Below are positions 8,975 to 17,630 of a DNA stretch of 20,000 bases, piece by piece; the first letter of the stretch is position 1, and the number at the start of each line of letters is the position of its first letter. The notes under the pieces are model-generated. The model made no database searches. It saw nothing but the letters and a program-made list of their open reading frames with translations, and had not been told where the DNA came from. The stretch lies in IMG/VR virus record IMGVR_UViG_3300046507_000547. One strand, given 5' to 3'. The stretch is from an uncultured virus (IMG/VR IMGVR_UViG_3300046507_000547) (lineage: Duplodnaviria; Heunggongvirae; Uroviricota; Caudoviricetes). The position numbers and the translations under genes are program-made.

Positions 8975-9787
8975 ATGCCCGACTTCGCCGATACTCGCGT
9001 GTCGCTCGCCGGAACAGGAGTCGTGCGCGGCATCGCGCAGACCGCGGTCTCCTCGAACGCCTGCCTGGTCACCGTCGGCGGGATCACTGTCACCGCCCGG
9101 GTCGCGACCGGCCTGACCGTGACAGCCGGCTCGATCCTGCTGATGGCCCGGCTCGGCAGCCTCTACTACGTCACCAGCGTCATCCCGGCCGCGCCGACAT
9201 CAACGCCGGCGACACCGCCCCCGGCCGACAGTGCACCCCCGGACACCGGGGACCCACCCCCGCCGCCCAAGCCCCTCACCCGGACCGGCACCCTGACGTG
9301 CGTACCGACGGCCACCGCCTGCTACCGCGACGGCAGTTGGCGCTCCGACGGCGACCCGACGAACTCGTTCGATCTCTTCCAGGGGCGGTACGGCGGCAGC
9401 AGCTACGGCCGGAACACCGGCGCCGCGTTCTACGGCTCCAAGCCGCACACGCTGAGCGGCGCCACCTGCACCAAGGCCACGGTGAAGATCAAGCGCCTGA
9501 GCGCCGGCGACTTCTCCGCGCGGTCGGCAACCCTGCGGCTCGTCTCGCAGACCAGCCGACCAGGCGGCGCCCCCACTCTCAACGAGTCCACCGGCGGCCC
9601 CAGCTTGAAGATCAACGACTCAACCACGTTCACGCTGCCGACGAGCTGGGGTCAGGCCATGATCGACGGCACCCGCGGAGGCATCGCCATCAGCATCGGC
9701 AGCGACGACCCGTACATCCAACTCGCAGGCCGCGGCTCCTGGTCCGCCGCCATGACCCTCGCAATCTCCTGGAGGCGCACCTCATGA
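8975..9787 (+). CDS. Minor tail protein with Pro-rich linker and C-terminal beta domain
   Basis: GGGGGAG RBS; tail-tip position; Pro-rich hinge at ~9184-9275. Confidence 0.7.
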   Translation: MPDFADTRVSLAGTGVVRGIAQTAVSSNACLVTVGGITVTARVATGLTVTAGSILLMARLGSLYYVTSVIPAAPTSTPATPPPADSAPPDTGDPPPPPKPLTRTGTLTCVPTATACYRDGSWRSDGDPTNSFDLFQGRYGGSSYGRNTGAAFYGSKPHTLSGATCTKATVKIKRLSAGDFSARSATLRLVSQTSRPGGAPTLNESTGGPSLKINDSTTFTLPTSWGQAMIDGTRGGIAISIGSDDPYIQLAGRGSWSAAMTLAISWRRTS

Positions 9788-10545
9788 CCGCCAACACCTC
9801 CAAGGGCATCACCTATCCACAGTCCACGGACCACACCCGACTGTGGGAGCACTTCCAGACCCTCGCCAACTCCGCCGACGGCATCATCATCGGCAACAAG
9901 GATGTCCAAATTTTCACCAGCTCCGGCACGTGGACGCGGCCCGCAAACGCGATCCTCGTCGACGTCCAAGTGCAGGCCGGAGGTGGCGGCTCCGGGGGCT
10001 GCGCGGCCACCGTCGCGGGCCAGGCATCGTGCGCACCAGGCGCCGGCGGAGGCGAGTACGCCAAGGGTGTCTACCTGCCCGCAACAGTCGGCGCGAGCGT
10101 CGCCGTCACCGTCGGTACCGGAGGCGCGGGAGGCACCGCCGGAGCGAACTCGGGCGCCACCGGCGGTGCCTCGTCGTTCGGCGCGCTCATCACCTGCAAT
10201 GGGGGCTTCGGTGGCCAGGGTGGCACCGCCACGTCGACGGCTGTCAGCCTCGGCGCGGCAAATGGCGGCACCGGCGGCACCGGCGGAGACATTCACATCA
10301 ACGGCGGCGATGGCGGCAACGGGCAAGTCATCAGCGCCACGCCGATCAAGTTCAACAATGGCGGCAACGCGTTTCTGGCAAGCACCACGCGCTCGTCCGG
10401 TGTCGCTGCCACCACTACCGGCGGCTTCGTCGGCTACCCCTACGGCGGTGGCGCATCTGGTCCCTCCAACGGCGCCTCGCAGAGCGCGGTCGCCGGGTCA
10501 GCAGGCGCTGGCGGCGTCGTCATCGTGACCACTTACACCGCATAG
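9784..10545 (+). CDS. Glycine-rich minor tail/fibre protein (253 aa)
   Basis: ATGA overlap, GGAGG RBS; 'FTSSGTWTRP...AGGGGSGG...GAGGVVIVT' Gly-rich tail domain. Confidence 0.75.
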   Translation: MTANTSKGITYPQSTDHTRLWEHFQTLANSADGIIIGNKDVQIFTSSGTWTRPANAILVDVQVQAGGGGSGGCAATVAGQASCAPGAGGGEYAKGVYLPATVGASVAVTVGTGGAGGTAGANSGATGGASSFGALITCNGGFGGQGGTATSTAVSLGAANGGTGGTGGDIHINGGDGGNGQVISATPIKFNNGGNAFLASTTRSSGVAATTTGGFVGYPYGGGASGPSNGASQSAVAGSAGAGGVVIVTTYTA

Positions 10546-10552
10546 GAGCACC

Positions 10553-10792
10553 ATGCCTCTCGACTCGCCCGAAAGTTCGAACAGCGACACCACCTGGGTC
10601 ATCAACGGCCGCCTGAACGCCAGCTCGGGCACTGGCTTCCAGACGACCATCACCACTGAGGGCCCTGCTACCGAAGCAGAGGGCGACGCGCTCCTACAGG
10701 ATCTCGTCGACCTGCTGTCGACCCGCTACTACAGCGTCACCGGCACCAAGGGCTACACGTCGTACACGACACGGAACATGACCCGGTCCTGA
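10553..10792 (+). CDS. Hypothetical protein (79 aa), last gene of the tail operon
   Basis: AGGAG RBS; followed by a terminator. Confidence 0.75.
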   Translation: MPLDSPESSNSDTTWVINGRLNASSGTGFQTTITTEGPATEAEGDALLQDLVDLLSTRYYSVTGTKGYTSYTTRNMTRS

Positions 10793-10812
10793 CCAGCCCT
10801 CCACCGCCACCC

Positions 10813-10836
10813 ACGCCCCGCTCCCGGGGCGTTTTT
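10813..10836 (+). terminator. Intrinsic terminator
   Basis: ACGCCCCG-CTCC-CGGGGCGT stem-loop followed by TTTT. Confidence 0.75.
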
Positions 10837-10853
10837 CATGCCCGGGAGGGGCT

Positions 10854-11741
10854 TTGACGTTCACCTTTCACGGCGGGAAGCTGCCCGCCCAGCCAGCCCG
10901 GTCGCAGCTGCGGCTGTCCGCGGTCCTCGGGGAGCGGCTTGCCGCGCCGCCCGCGGCCGTCGATTGGCAGGACGACCGCATCGTCTGGCCGATGTACGCC
11001 AACGACGAGGTCGGCGACTGCACGTGCGCCGGGGTCGGCCACCTCGTCAACCAGCTGACCTACTACGGCTCGGGCAGCGAAGTGCAGCCCACCGATTCGT
11101 CGGTGCTCGGCATGTACTCGGCGATCACCGGCTACGACCCGGCCAAGCCAGCATCGGACACCGGCGCCTACTGCCAAGACGTCCTCGCCTACTGGCGAAA
11201 GACCGGCCTCGAAGGCCACAAGATCACGGCCTACGCGTCGCTCGACGTCTCGAACCTTGTCGAGGTCAAGCAGGCCATCGCACTGTTCGGGACCGTCTAC
11301 GTCGGGCTCAGCTTCCCTGACAGCGCGATGAAGCAGTTCAACGGCGACCAGCCGTGGGACGTCGTCCGCGGCGCCAGGATCGAAGGCGGGCACTGTGTCA
11401 TCGTCGGCGCCTACGGCAGCGGCAAGCTCGGCCTCGTCACCTGGGGCGCCGAGACCACGATGACCGAAGCGTTCTGGAAGAAGTACGTCGACGAAGCGTG
11501 GGTCGTCCTCGACGCAGACGGGCTGACGAAGGCCGCCGCATATTTCACCGGGGCGGCCTCCTTCTATGCGCTCGGCCAGCAGTTCGCGGCGCTCACCAGC
11601 GAGAAGAACCCGATCCCCGCGCCGAAGCCGACCCCTACCCCTCCTCCGGCGCCCACGCCTTCTCCAGTGGATCCTCGCCTTGCTCAGGCGCTGGCTCTGA
11701 TGACGGCGTGGGGCCGCGACAACCATGTGACGGGAGCCTGA
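10854..11741 (+). CDS. Papain-like cysteine peptidase, putative endolysin component
   Basis: GGGAGGGG RBS plus TTG; VDW...GDCTCAG (Cys56)...GGHCV (His180)...TWG motifs; Pro/Thr linker and short C-terminal helix; adjacent to GH25 and holin. Confidence 0.65.
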   Translation: MTFTFHGGKLPAQPARSQLRLSAVLGERLAAPPAAVDWQDDRIVWPMYANDEVGDCTCAGVGHLVNQLTYYGSGSEVQPTDSSVLGMYSAITGYDPAKPASDTGAYCQDVLAYWRKTGLEGHKITAYASLDVSNLVEVKQAIALFGTVYVGLSFPDSAMKQFNGDQPWDVVRGARIEGGHCVIVGAYGSGKLGLVTWGAETTMTEAFWKKYVDEAWVVLDADGLTKAAAYFTGAASFYALGQQFAALTSEKNPIPAPKPTPTPPPAPTPSPVDPRLAQALALMTAWGRDNHVTGA

Positions 11742-11745
11742 GCTG

Positions 11746-12657
11746 ATGATCCACGGCATTGACGTCTCGGCATACCAGTCGGCGACGTACAGCACGGCAG
11801 GCCTCGACTTCGTCTTCGTGAAGGCCACCGAGGGTGTCTCCTACACCAACCCACGGATGGCCGCGCAGGCCAAGCGGGCACGCGACGCTGGGCTCGTCGT
11901 CGGCTACTACCACTACCCGCACATGGCCAACGACCCCGTTCAGGAAGCCAACTACTTCCTGAAGCAGGTCGCCTGGCAGCCGGGGGACATCATCGTCTTC
12001 GACTGGGAGGGCTACGACGCCGCCAACAAGAGTGTGCCGAAGTCCCGGCAGCTCGCCTACCGCGACGCCTGGCTGAAGTACGTCAAGGGCAAGATGGCCG
12101 CCCACCGGGTCGGCATGTACTGCAACACCGACTACTGGCTGAACGTCGACAAGACCGGCACCTGCGGTGACTTCCTCTGGATCGCCACCGGCGGCAAGCC
12201 GGCCGGGCAGCCGGGCATCAAGGCGCCGTGGCTGTTCCACCAGTACTCCACCGCGGGCGGCATCGACCACGACGTCGCCACCTTCACCGATCGCGCCGCC
12301 CTCGCCGCATGGGCGCAAGGTCTCACCCAGGAGAACGACATGGCCGTCACGGACGCCGATGCACTGAAGATCGCTCGCAAGGTGCTGACCCTCGACGAGA
12401 TCACCGCGCCGAAGGACGCGCCCGACGTGGCAACCAACCCGTCGTGGCGACTCGACTCGTACACCAAGGACACAAACGCGCGCGTGCGTGGCCTCGAGAA
12501 GCAGCTCGCCGCGCTCACCGCGACGAACGCGAAGCTCGTCGACACGGTCGCGAAGCTCGCGGCCGGCATCGGCGGCCTCGATCCCGCGGCGATAGTCGCC
12601 GAGCTGAAGCAGGCCATCGAGTCCATCGACATCCACCTCGACGTCCCCAACGTCTGA
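11746..12657 (+). CDS. Endolysin, GH25 muramidase
   Basis: GIDVSAYQ, FVFVKATEG, GYYHY, DWE (DxE), WLFHQYS...IDHD motifs; C-terminal helical/coiled-coil region. Confidence 0.92.
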   Translation: MIHGIDVSAYQSATYSTAGLDFVFVKATEGVSYTNPRMAAQAKRARDAGLVVGYYHYPHMANDPVQEANYFLKQVAWQPGDIIVFDWEGYDAANKSVPKSRQLAYRDAWLKYVKGKMAAHRVGMYCNTDYWLNVDKTGTCGDFLWIATGGKPAGQPGIKAPWLFHQYSTAGGIDHDVATFTDRAALAAWAQGLTQENDMAVTDADALKIARKVLTLDEITAPKDAPDVATNPSWRLDSYTKDTNARVRGLEKQLAALTATNAKLVDTVAKLAAGIGGLDPAAIVAELKQAIESIDIHLDVPNV

Positions 12658-12683
12658 CCCCTTCCCGCAGAAATGGACCTGCA

Positions 12684-13010
12684 ATGAACCTCGACATCTC
12701 CAAGGCCCAGGTCATAGGCCTGCTCGTCACCCTGGTCCTCCCGGTCCTCGTGGGCCTGGTCACGACCCGCGTCACCTCGCCCGGCGCGAAGGCCGTACTC
12801 CTGCTGCTCTTCACCGCGGCTGACGGGTTCCTGGTCGAGCTCGGCAACGCGGGCTCGGGCTACAACGTGGCGAACGGCGTGTTCTACGCGGTGATCGGCT
12901 TCGTGACCGCGGTCGCCATGCACTTCGGGCTGCTCAAGCCCACCGGGGTGTCCGGCAAAGCGCAGGACACCCTCATAACCGCCGGTCCCCGTACCGCTCA
13001 GGGCGCCTGA
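12684..13010 (+). CDS. Holin (about 3 TM segments, 108 aa)
   Basis: MNLDISKAQVIGLLVTLVLPVLVGLVT...; three hydrophobic stretches; directly after the endolysin. Confidence 0.8.
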   Translation: MNLDISKAQVIGLLVTLVLPVLVGLVTTRVTSPGAKAVLLLLFTAADGFLVELGNAGSGYNVANGVFYAVIGFVTAVAMHFGLLKPTGVSGKAQDTLITAGPRTAQGA

Positions 13011-13044
13011 GTCTGCCCATCTTGCGCGACCGGGAGGGCGCCAC

Positions 13045-14021
<977 letters not shown>

Positions 14022-14029
14022 GGAGCGCC

Positions 14030-14125
14030 ATGGAAGACGACGAGACCGCGGATCCGTTCTGGCTGTCGCCGCGGCCGTTCCTCGAACCCGACCTGCCGCC
14101 CCCGCCCGACGACGAGACCGAGTGA
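14030..14125 (+). CDS. Small acidic Pro-rich protein (31 aa)
   Basis: AGGAG RBS at 14021-14025, ATG 14030; MEDDETADPFWLSPRPFLEPDLPPPPDDETE; terminator follows. Confidence 0.55.
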   Translation: MEDDETADPFWLSPRPFLEPDLPPPPDDETE

Positions 14126-14128
14126 CGA

Positions 14129-14165
14129 CGCCCCTGCAGCTTCGGCTGTGGGGGCGCTTCTCCTT
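14129..14165 (+). terminator. Terminator of the lysis operon
   Basis: CGCCCCTGCAGC-TTCG-GCTGTGGGGGCG 12-bp stem (two G:U pairs), C(UUCG)G loop, pyrimidine tail. Confidence 0.75.
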
Positions 14166-14336
14166 GCCCGGTCGCAGCGGGACTAGCGCATAACGTTCCC
14201 TGAAGCGCTGCCCGTTGACCATGGACGGCTCTCGATAACATGCCGTATCGCGGGCCCTACTCCTCTGGAGCGGGGCCCTTCGTCATGTGGAGGGTCGCCT
14301 CTCAACTCACGGAAACGACAGGTGTTACCAAAGGTA

Positions 14337-14364
14337 GCCGCGTATAATTTCCCTTATACAAGCC
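14337..14364. other. Putative dif/lox-like recombination site overlapping a TATAAT -10 box
   Basis: GCCGC-GTATAA-TTTCCC-TTATAC-AAGCC: inverted hexamers around an asymmetric 6-bp spacer, upstream of the recombinase operon. Confidence 0.6.
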
Positions 14365-14383
14365 AGACTTGAGAGGGAGAATC

Positions 14384-14716
14384 GTGAGTCTTGCGAAGCC
14401 CAACGGCACATGGGAACTGACCGTCTCTTGCCCGCGCCCCCGCAACCGCGCGCTGGACGACTTCCATACCCAGCCGGAGAAGGTGGCTCGGATTGCTGCT
14501 CAATGGTTCGGGCCTGACGCGACGCTGACCCTGACCGCCCGCAGGGTCCGCCTGACGTGCACACTGGAAACGCCGCCACGCGATCTGACGACGTGGCACG
14601 ACCGCCTCGCCACCGCCTTGCACTGCCTGTATCTCGACACCCATGGCGACGACGGCTCGTACCACCTACCGCGACCAGCGCGTACCGAGGTGTACGAGAA
14701 GGAGCGGGCGGCGTGA
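14384..14716 (+). CDS. Hypothetical protein (110 aa), coupled to the recombinase
   Basis: GAGAGGGAG RBS plus GTG 14384; stop overlaps the recombinase start (GTGA). Confidence 0.65.
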   Translation: MSLAKPNGTWELTVSCPRPRNRALDDFHTQPEKVARIAAQWFGPDATLTLTARRVRLTCTLETPPRDLTTWHDRLATALHCLYLDTHGDDGSYHLPRPARTEVYEKERAA

Positions 14717-15870
14717 CCGACCCCGATGAGGTGGTCGACGCCGAGCTGGTGGACGACGGCCACCTCCCCGCCCCGCTCCCCAAGACGTCGCCCGCCCGGC
14801 CGCTCGTCGACCGGCACACGATCCTGGTCCCCGGCGAAGCGTTGCCCACCGAAGCCGAGCAGCCGACGTACACCGAACGCGACCTCTACGTCAGCAAGGC
14901 CACCGCCGAGCGGCTCAAGAACAAGTCCAAGCCGAAGAACACGTCCCGCACCTACGACAACCAGCGCGACCTCTTCCGCCGCTGGTGCGAGTCGCAGGGC
15001 CGCGTCCACCGCCCCTGCACCACCGCCACCTACGTCGAATACGTCGCCACCCTCATCGAGGCCGGCCGGGCACCCAACGCCATCTCCGTCGCCATGTCCG
15101 CCATCCGCACCTGGATGCCCGACGACAAGAAGCCCGGCACCGCCGAAGCGCGCGGCATGCTCAACGAGTACAAGAAGGAATGGAACAAGCGCGTCGGCGT
15201 CAAGAAGGCCCCCGCCATCACCGACGACATGATCCGCACCATGGTCGCCACCTGCGACCCGAACCACCCCATCGGCATACGCGACCGCGCCGTACTCCTC
15301 CTCGGCCGCGGCGCCCTCAACCGGCGCAGCGAACTCGCCGACCTCACCATCGGCAACGTCACCGTCGAATCCGACGGCGTCGCCCTCTGGTTCACCTCGT
15401 CGAAGACCGACCAGGAAGCAAAGGGTGAGGAGACGTTCATCCCGGCTTGGGACGACCCCGACATCGACCCCGTCCACGCCGCCCGCGCCTGGCTCGACGT
15501 ACTCCACCGACTCGGCGTCCACGAAGGCGCATTCCTCCGAGCCCTCACTCGGGAAGGCCGCCTACAGTCGCGGATCGCGGCGACCGATCGCGGCGAGCAC
15601 GTCACCGGGGACGCAATCAACGAGTGGGTGCGGAGCCGCGCCAAGCTCGCCAACATCAAAGGCTGGGAGAAGATCACGGCTCACGGTCTGCGTCGCGGCG
15701 GCGCGCAGGCCATCGCGGACGCCGGCGGTGATCCGACCAGCCAGGGCCGATGGCAAGAGGGGTCCGCAGTGGTGAAACGCGAGTATCTCGACCGAGCGTC
15801 GAACCGGCGCGATAATCCCTGGCTCAAGCTGGCCCGGCCCGCATCGACCGGCAATGAGGAGGCGACGTGA
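14713..15870 (+). CDS. Cre-like tyrosine recombinase (385 aa)
   Basis: RDRAVLLLG...RRSEL (R), SKTDQ (K), HGLRRG (HxxR), QGRW (W), REYLD (Y); N-terminal core-binding domain NTSRTY...FRRWC; AAGGAG RBS. Confidence 0.9.
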   Translation: MTDPDEVVDAELVDDGHLPAPLPKTSPARPLVDRHTILVPGEALPTEAEQPTYTERDLYVSKATAERLKNKSKPKNTSRTYDNQRDLFRRWCESQGRVHRPCTTATYVEYVATLIEAGRAPNAISVAMSAIRTWMPDDKKPGTAEARGMLNEYKKEWNKRVGVKKAPAITDDMIRTMVATCDPNHPIGIRDRAVLLLGRGALNRRSELADLTIGNVTVESDGVALWFTSSKTDQEAKGEETFIPAWDDPDIDPVHAARAWLDVLHRLGVHEGAFLRALTREGRLQSRIAATDRGEHVTGDAINEWVRSRAKLANIKGWEKITAHGLRRGGAQAIADAGGDPTSQGRWQEGSAVVKREYLDRASNRRDNPWLKLARPASTGNEEAT

Positions 15871-16040
15871 GCGGGCAGGAACCCGAGGAGCACCCGAAGG
15901 ACTGGATGGAGATCTGGTACGAGACGGGCGAGATCACCTGGCAGAAACCCCTATCGCCCGAGGCCGAGCAGCGCATTCAGGATCTCTGCCGCAAGCTGCT
16001 GGAGGAGCAGGGTGAGGGTGCGGAAGACGACCAGGCCTGA
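15867..16040 (+). CDS. Small acidic hypothetical protein (57 aa; not in ORF track)
   Basis: GAGGAGG RBS, GTGA overlap; MSGQEPEEHPKDWMEIWYETGEITWQKPLSPEAEQRIQDLCRKLLEEQGEGAEDDQA. Confidence 0.7.
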   Translation: MSGQEPEEHPKDWMEIWYETGEITWQKPLSPEAEQRIQDLCRKLLEEQGEGAEDDQA

Positions 16041-16048
16041 GCACGCGA

Positions 16049-16080
16049 ACGCCCCCGCAGTCGTCTGACTGCGGGGGCGT
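16049..16080. terminator. Bidirectional terminator hairpin
   Basis: Perfect 14-bp stem ACGCCCCCGCAGTC-GTCT-GACTGCGGGGGCGT between convergent genes. Confidence 0.8.
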
Positions 16081-16097
16081 CCTGCTGTCCAGTCGGC

Positions 16098-16574
16098 CTA
16101 CTTATAGAAGACGGCCACGCCTCCGTGGTGCGAGCAAGCACCCTGGTGGTGGGCGGCGTAGCTGTACGAGCCGTCATTGCACATGGCGGTGGCCCCGCCT
16201 CCGGCCACGCTGGAACTACCCGAAGAGCCCGACCCGCTACCCCCGGACGAACTGCCGCTACTCCCTCCGGACGAACTGCCGCTGCCGGAGGGGGCCTTCG
16301 CGGTGACCGTCACCTTCACCTTGACCGTCTTCGTGACGGTCTTCGTAACGGTCGGCGCGGGTTTCGGCGTCGCGGTCGCCGTGGCCGTCACGGTGACGGC
16401 GGGCCGGGGTTTCGCCGCGGCGGCCTTGGCGTCGCTGCTGTCCTGGCTGTTGCCGCTGGCTCCGATGACGACTGCGAGACCGAGCGCGGGAAGTACGTAG
16501 CGCTTGCGGGCCCACTTGGGAGCCGGTCGGGACGGCTGCGGCGGTACAGGCGGCCTGGTGTACGGGTTGCTCAA
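16098..16574 (-). CDS. DUF3761-like membrane-anchored/secreted protein
   Basis: N-terminal TM/signal, Thr/Val and Ser/Gly linkers, C-terminal ATAMCNDGSYSYAAHHQGACSHHGGV. Confidence 0.8.
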   Translation of the reverse strand: MSNPYTRPPVPPQPSRPAPKWARKRYVLPALGLAVVIGASGNSQDSSDAKAAAAKPRPAVTVTATATATPKPAPTVTKTVTKTVKVKVTVTAKAPSGSGSSSGGSSGSSSGGSGSGSSGSSSVAGGGATAMCNDGSYSYAAHHQGACSHHGGVAVFYK

Positions 16575-16667
16575 GGCGTCCCCCCTTGTCGTGCTTTCTG
16601 AGGGGATGACGGTAGCGGGAGGTGTAGGGGTTACGTAAGTGTAGTGACGATCTCGTGATCGTTGTTG

Positions 16668-17009
16668 CTATCCCTCTACGTACCCGAGCTCCGAGTCCGG
16701 CCGGCAATGCGAGCATGCGGCGACCCCTTCGGCGAGCGCCCGCAGCGCCTGGTCCCGCTGTACGCCCCGGCTGCGTTTGCCCGCCATGTGGCAGCCGCCG
16801 ACGTGGACGTACACGGCGGGGGAGTGCCCGTCGAGGCCCTGCTCGATGAGCCAGTCGGGTTCGGGCGGCCGGGCCTGTTCGCCGCGGCGCTGCTCGGCCT
16901 GCCGTCGTTCCTCTGCTGCGATCCACCTGCGGGTGCGCTCGAGGTCGGCTTCCTGGACGCGTTTGAGGAAGAGGAGCTGGTCGAGGCGAGAGGCGGGCTG
17001 GTCGTTCAC
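16668..17009 (-). CDS. DUF6233-like Zn-binding protein
   Basis: N-terminal coiled coil; VHVGGC...ACSHCRPD motif; leaderless GTG 7 nt after TAATAT. Confidence 0.75.
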   Translation of the reverse strand: MNDQPASRLDQLLFLKRVQEADLERTRRWIAAEERRQAEQRRGEQARPPEPDWLIEQGLDGHSPAVYVHVGGCHMAGKRSRGVQRDQALRALAEGVAACSHCRPDSELGYVEG

Positions 17010-17038
17010 ATGTTCGATATTACGCGTAGGCTGATTCC
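17002..17038. promoter_or_regulatory. Overlapping divergent leaderless promoters with an imperfect LexA (SOS) box
   Basis: -10 TAGGCT (17027-32, +) and TAATAT (17022-17, -); TCGAAC-ATGT-GAACGA on - strand vs consensus TCGAAC-N4-GTTCGA. Confidence 0.5.
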
Positions 17039-17251
17039 GTGGATGACCAGCGGTATCACCTGCTCCTGTCGACCGGCGGCCGGCCCGTCATGCACGGCTG
17101 GTGGGGCGACCGCGCGACGGCCGAGCGGAAGTTCCGGCGCTGGATCGGCGAGCACGGCAGCGTCTCCGGCGCCCGGGTCGTACTGGTCGACGAGCAGGAG
17201 CAGCGGGTCCTCACGTCCTGGCCCGACGAGGCGGACGGCCTGCCAGACTGA
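17039..17251 (+). CDS. Hypothetical protein (70 aa)
   Basis: GTG 6 nt after TAGGCT; RYHLLL...VMHGWW...AERKFRRWIGEHG...WP. Confidence 0.75.
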   Translation: MDDQRYHLLLSTGGRPVMHGWWGDRATAERKFRRWIGEHGSVSGARVVLVDEQEQRVLTSWPDEADGLPD

Positions 17252-17322
17252 TACCACCCCTCGTCGCCATCCCCCGTCGCCGAGGGGCGCCTGCCATCCT
17301 GGGGGTGGACCTAGGAGGGGCA

Positions 17323-17520
17323 GTGAGCGATCGGCTGGAAGCGCGGGAGCGTGAACGCATCGAAGGACTTCAGGTGCGGGTGAGGGAGCTGGAGGAGACG
17401 GTCCTCTACCTCTTCAAGACCTTGCAGCAGCACGGCGTCATCGACGACACCGTGGCCTCGGTCGCCGACCGCATGTACGCGCAGGGCCGCGACATCCGCA
17501 GACAGACCGGCGCCCGCTGA
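17323..17520 (+). CDS. Hypothetical coiled-coil protein (65 aa)
   Basis: AGGAGGGG RBS plus GTG 17323 (MSDRLEARERERIEGLQVRVRELEETV...). Confidence 0.7.
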   Translation: MSDRLEARERERIEGLQVRVRELEETVLYLFKTLQQHGVIDDTVASVADRMYAQGRDIRRQTGAR

Positions 17521-17531
17521 TCCCAGCCTCG

Positions 17532-17554
17532 TTGTCAGTGACCGCCCGTAAGGT
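17532..17554 (+). promoter_or_regulatory. PafBC-type (RecA-NDp) DNA-damage promoter
   Basis: TTGTCAGTG-N8-TAAGGT, exact match to tTGTCRGTG-N8-TAnnnT. Confidence 0.75.
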
Positions 17555-17560
17555 AGTGGC

Positions 17561-17630
17561 CAACATAACGACTACCTAGTCGGGTTGTTGCTGATGCCCC
17601 GCCCGGAGTGATGCCCGGTGCGGGGCTCGC
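17561..17630 (+). ncRNA. Candidate small RNA (two hairpins)
   Basis: Directly follows the PafBC-type promoter; hairpins at 17561-17590 and 17596-17626; no RBS-led ORF. Confidence 0.4.

Noticed and set aside
8185..9783. 786-aa ORF upstream extension, and similar extensions at 1031, 6232, 12228, 14557, 17101, 18430
   Set aside because: Arg/Pro-rich off-frame overlaps of real genes; better starts with RBS or stop/start overlaps lie downstream
8975..10792. Diversity-generating retroelement or tail-fibre shufflon
   Set aside because: No reverse transcriptase, no TR/VR pair and no inverted fibre cassettes or repeated crossover sites seen
14215..14241. TTGACC...TAACAT sigma70-type promoter
   Set aside because: Spacer is only 15 bp; not supportable
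14126..14383. attP/attL with a tRNA fragment next to the recombinase
   Set aside because: No tRNA-like T-arm/CCA sequence recognised; phage-like genes continue on both sides
16633..16663. Short palindromes TTACGTAA and ACGATC-TCGT-GATCGT upstream of the DUF3761-like gene
   Set aside because: May be regulatory but too short to assign or to distinguish from chance
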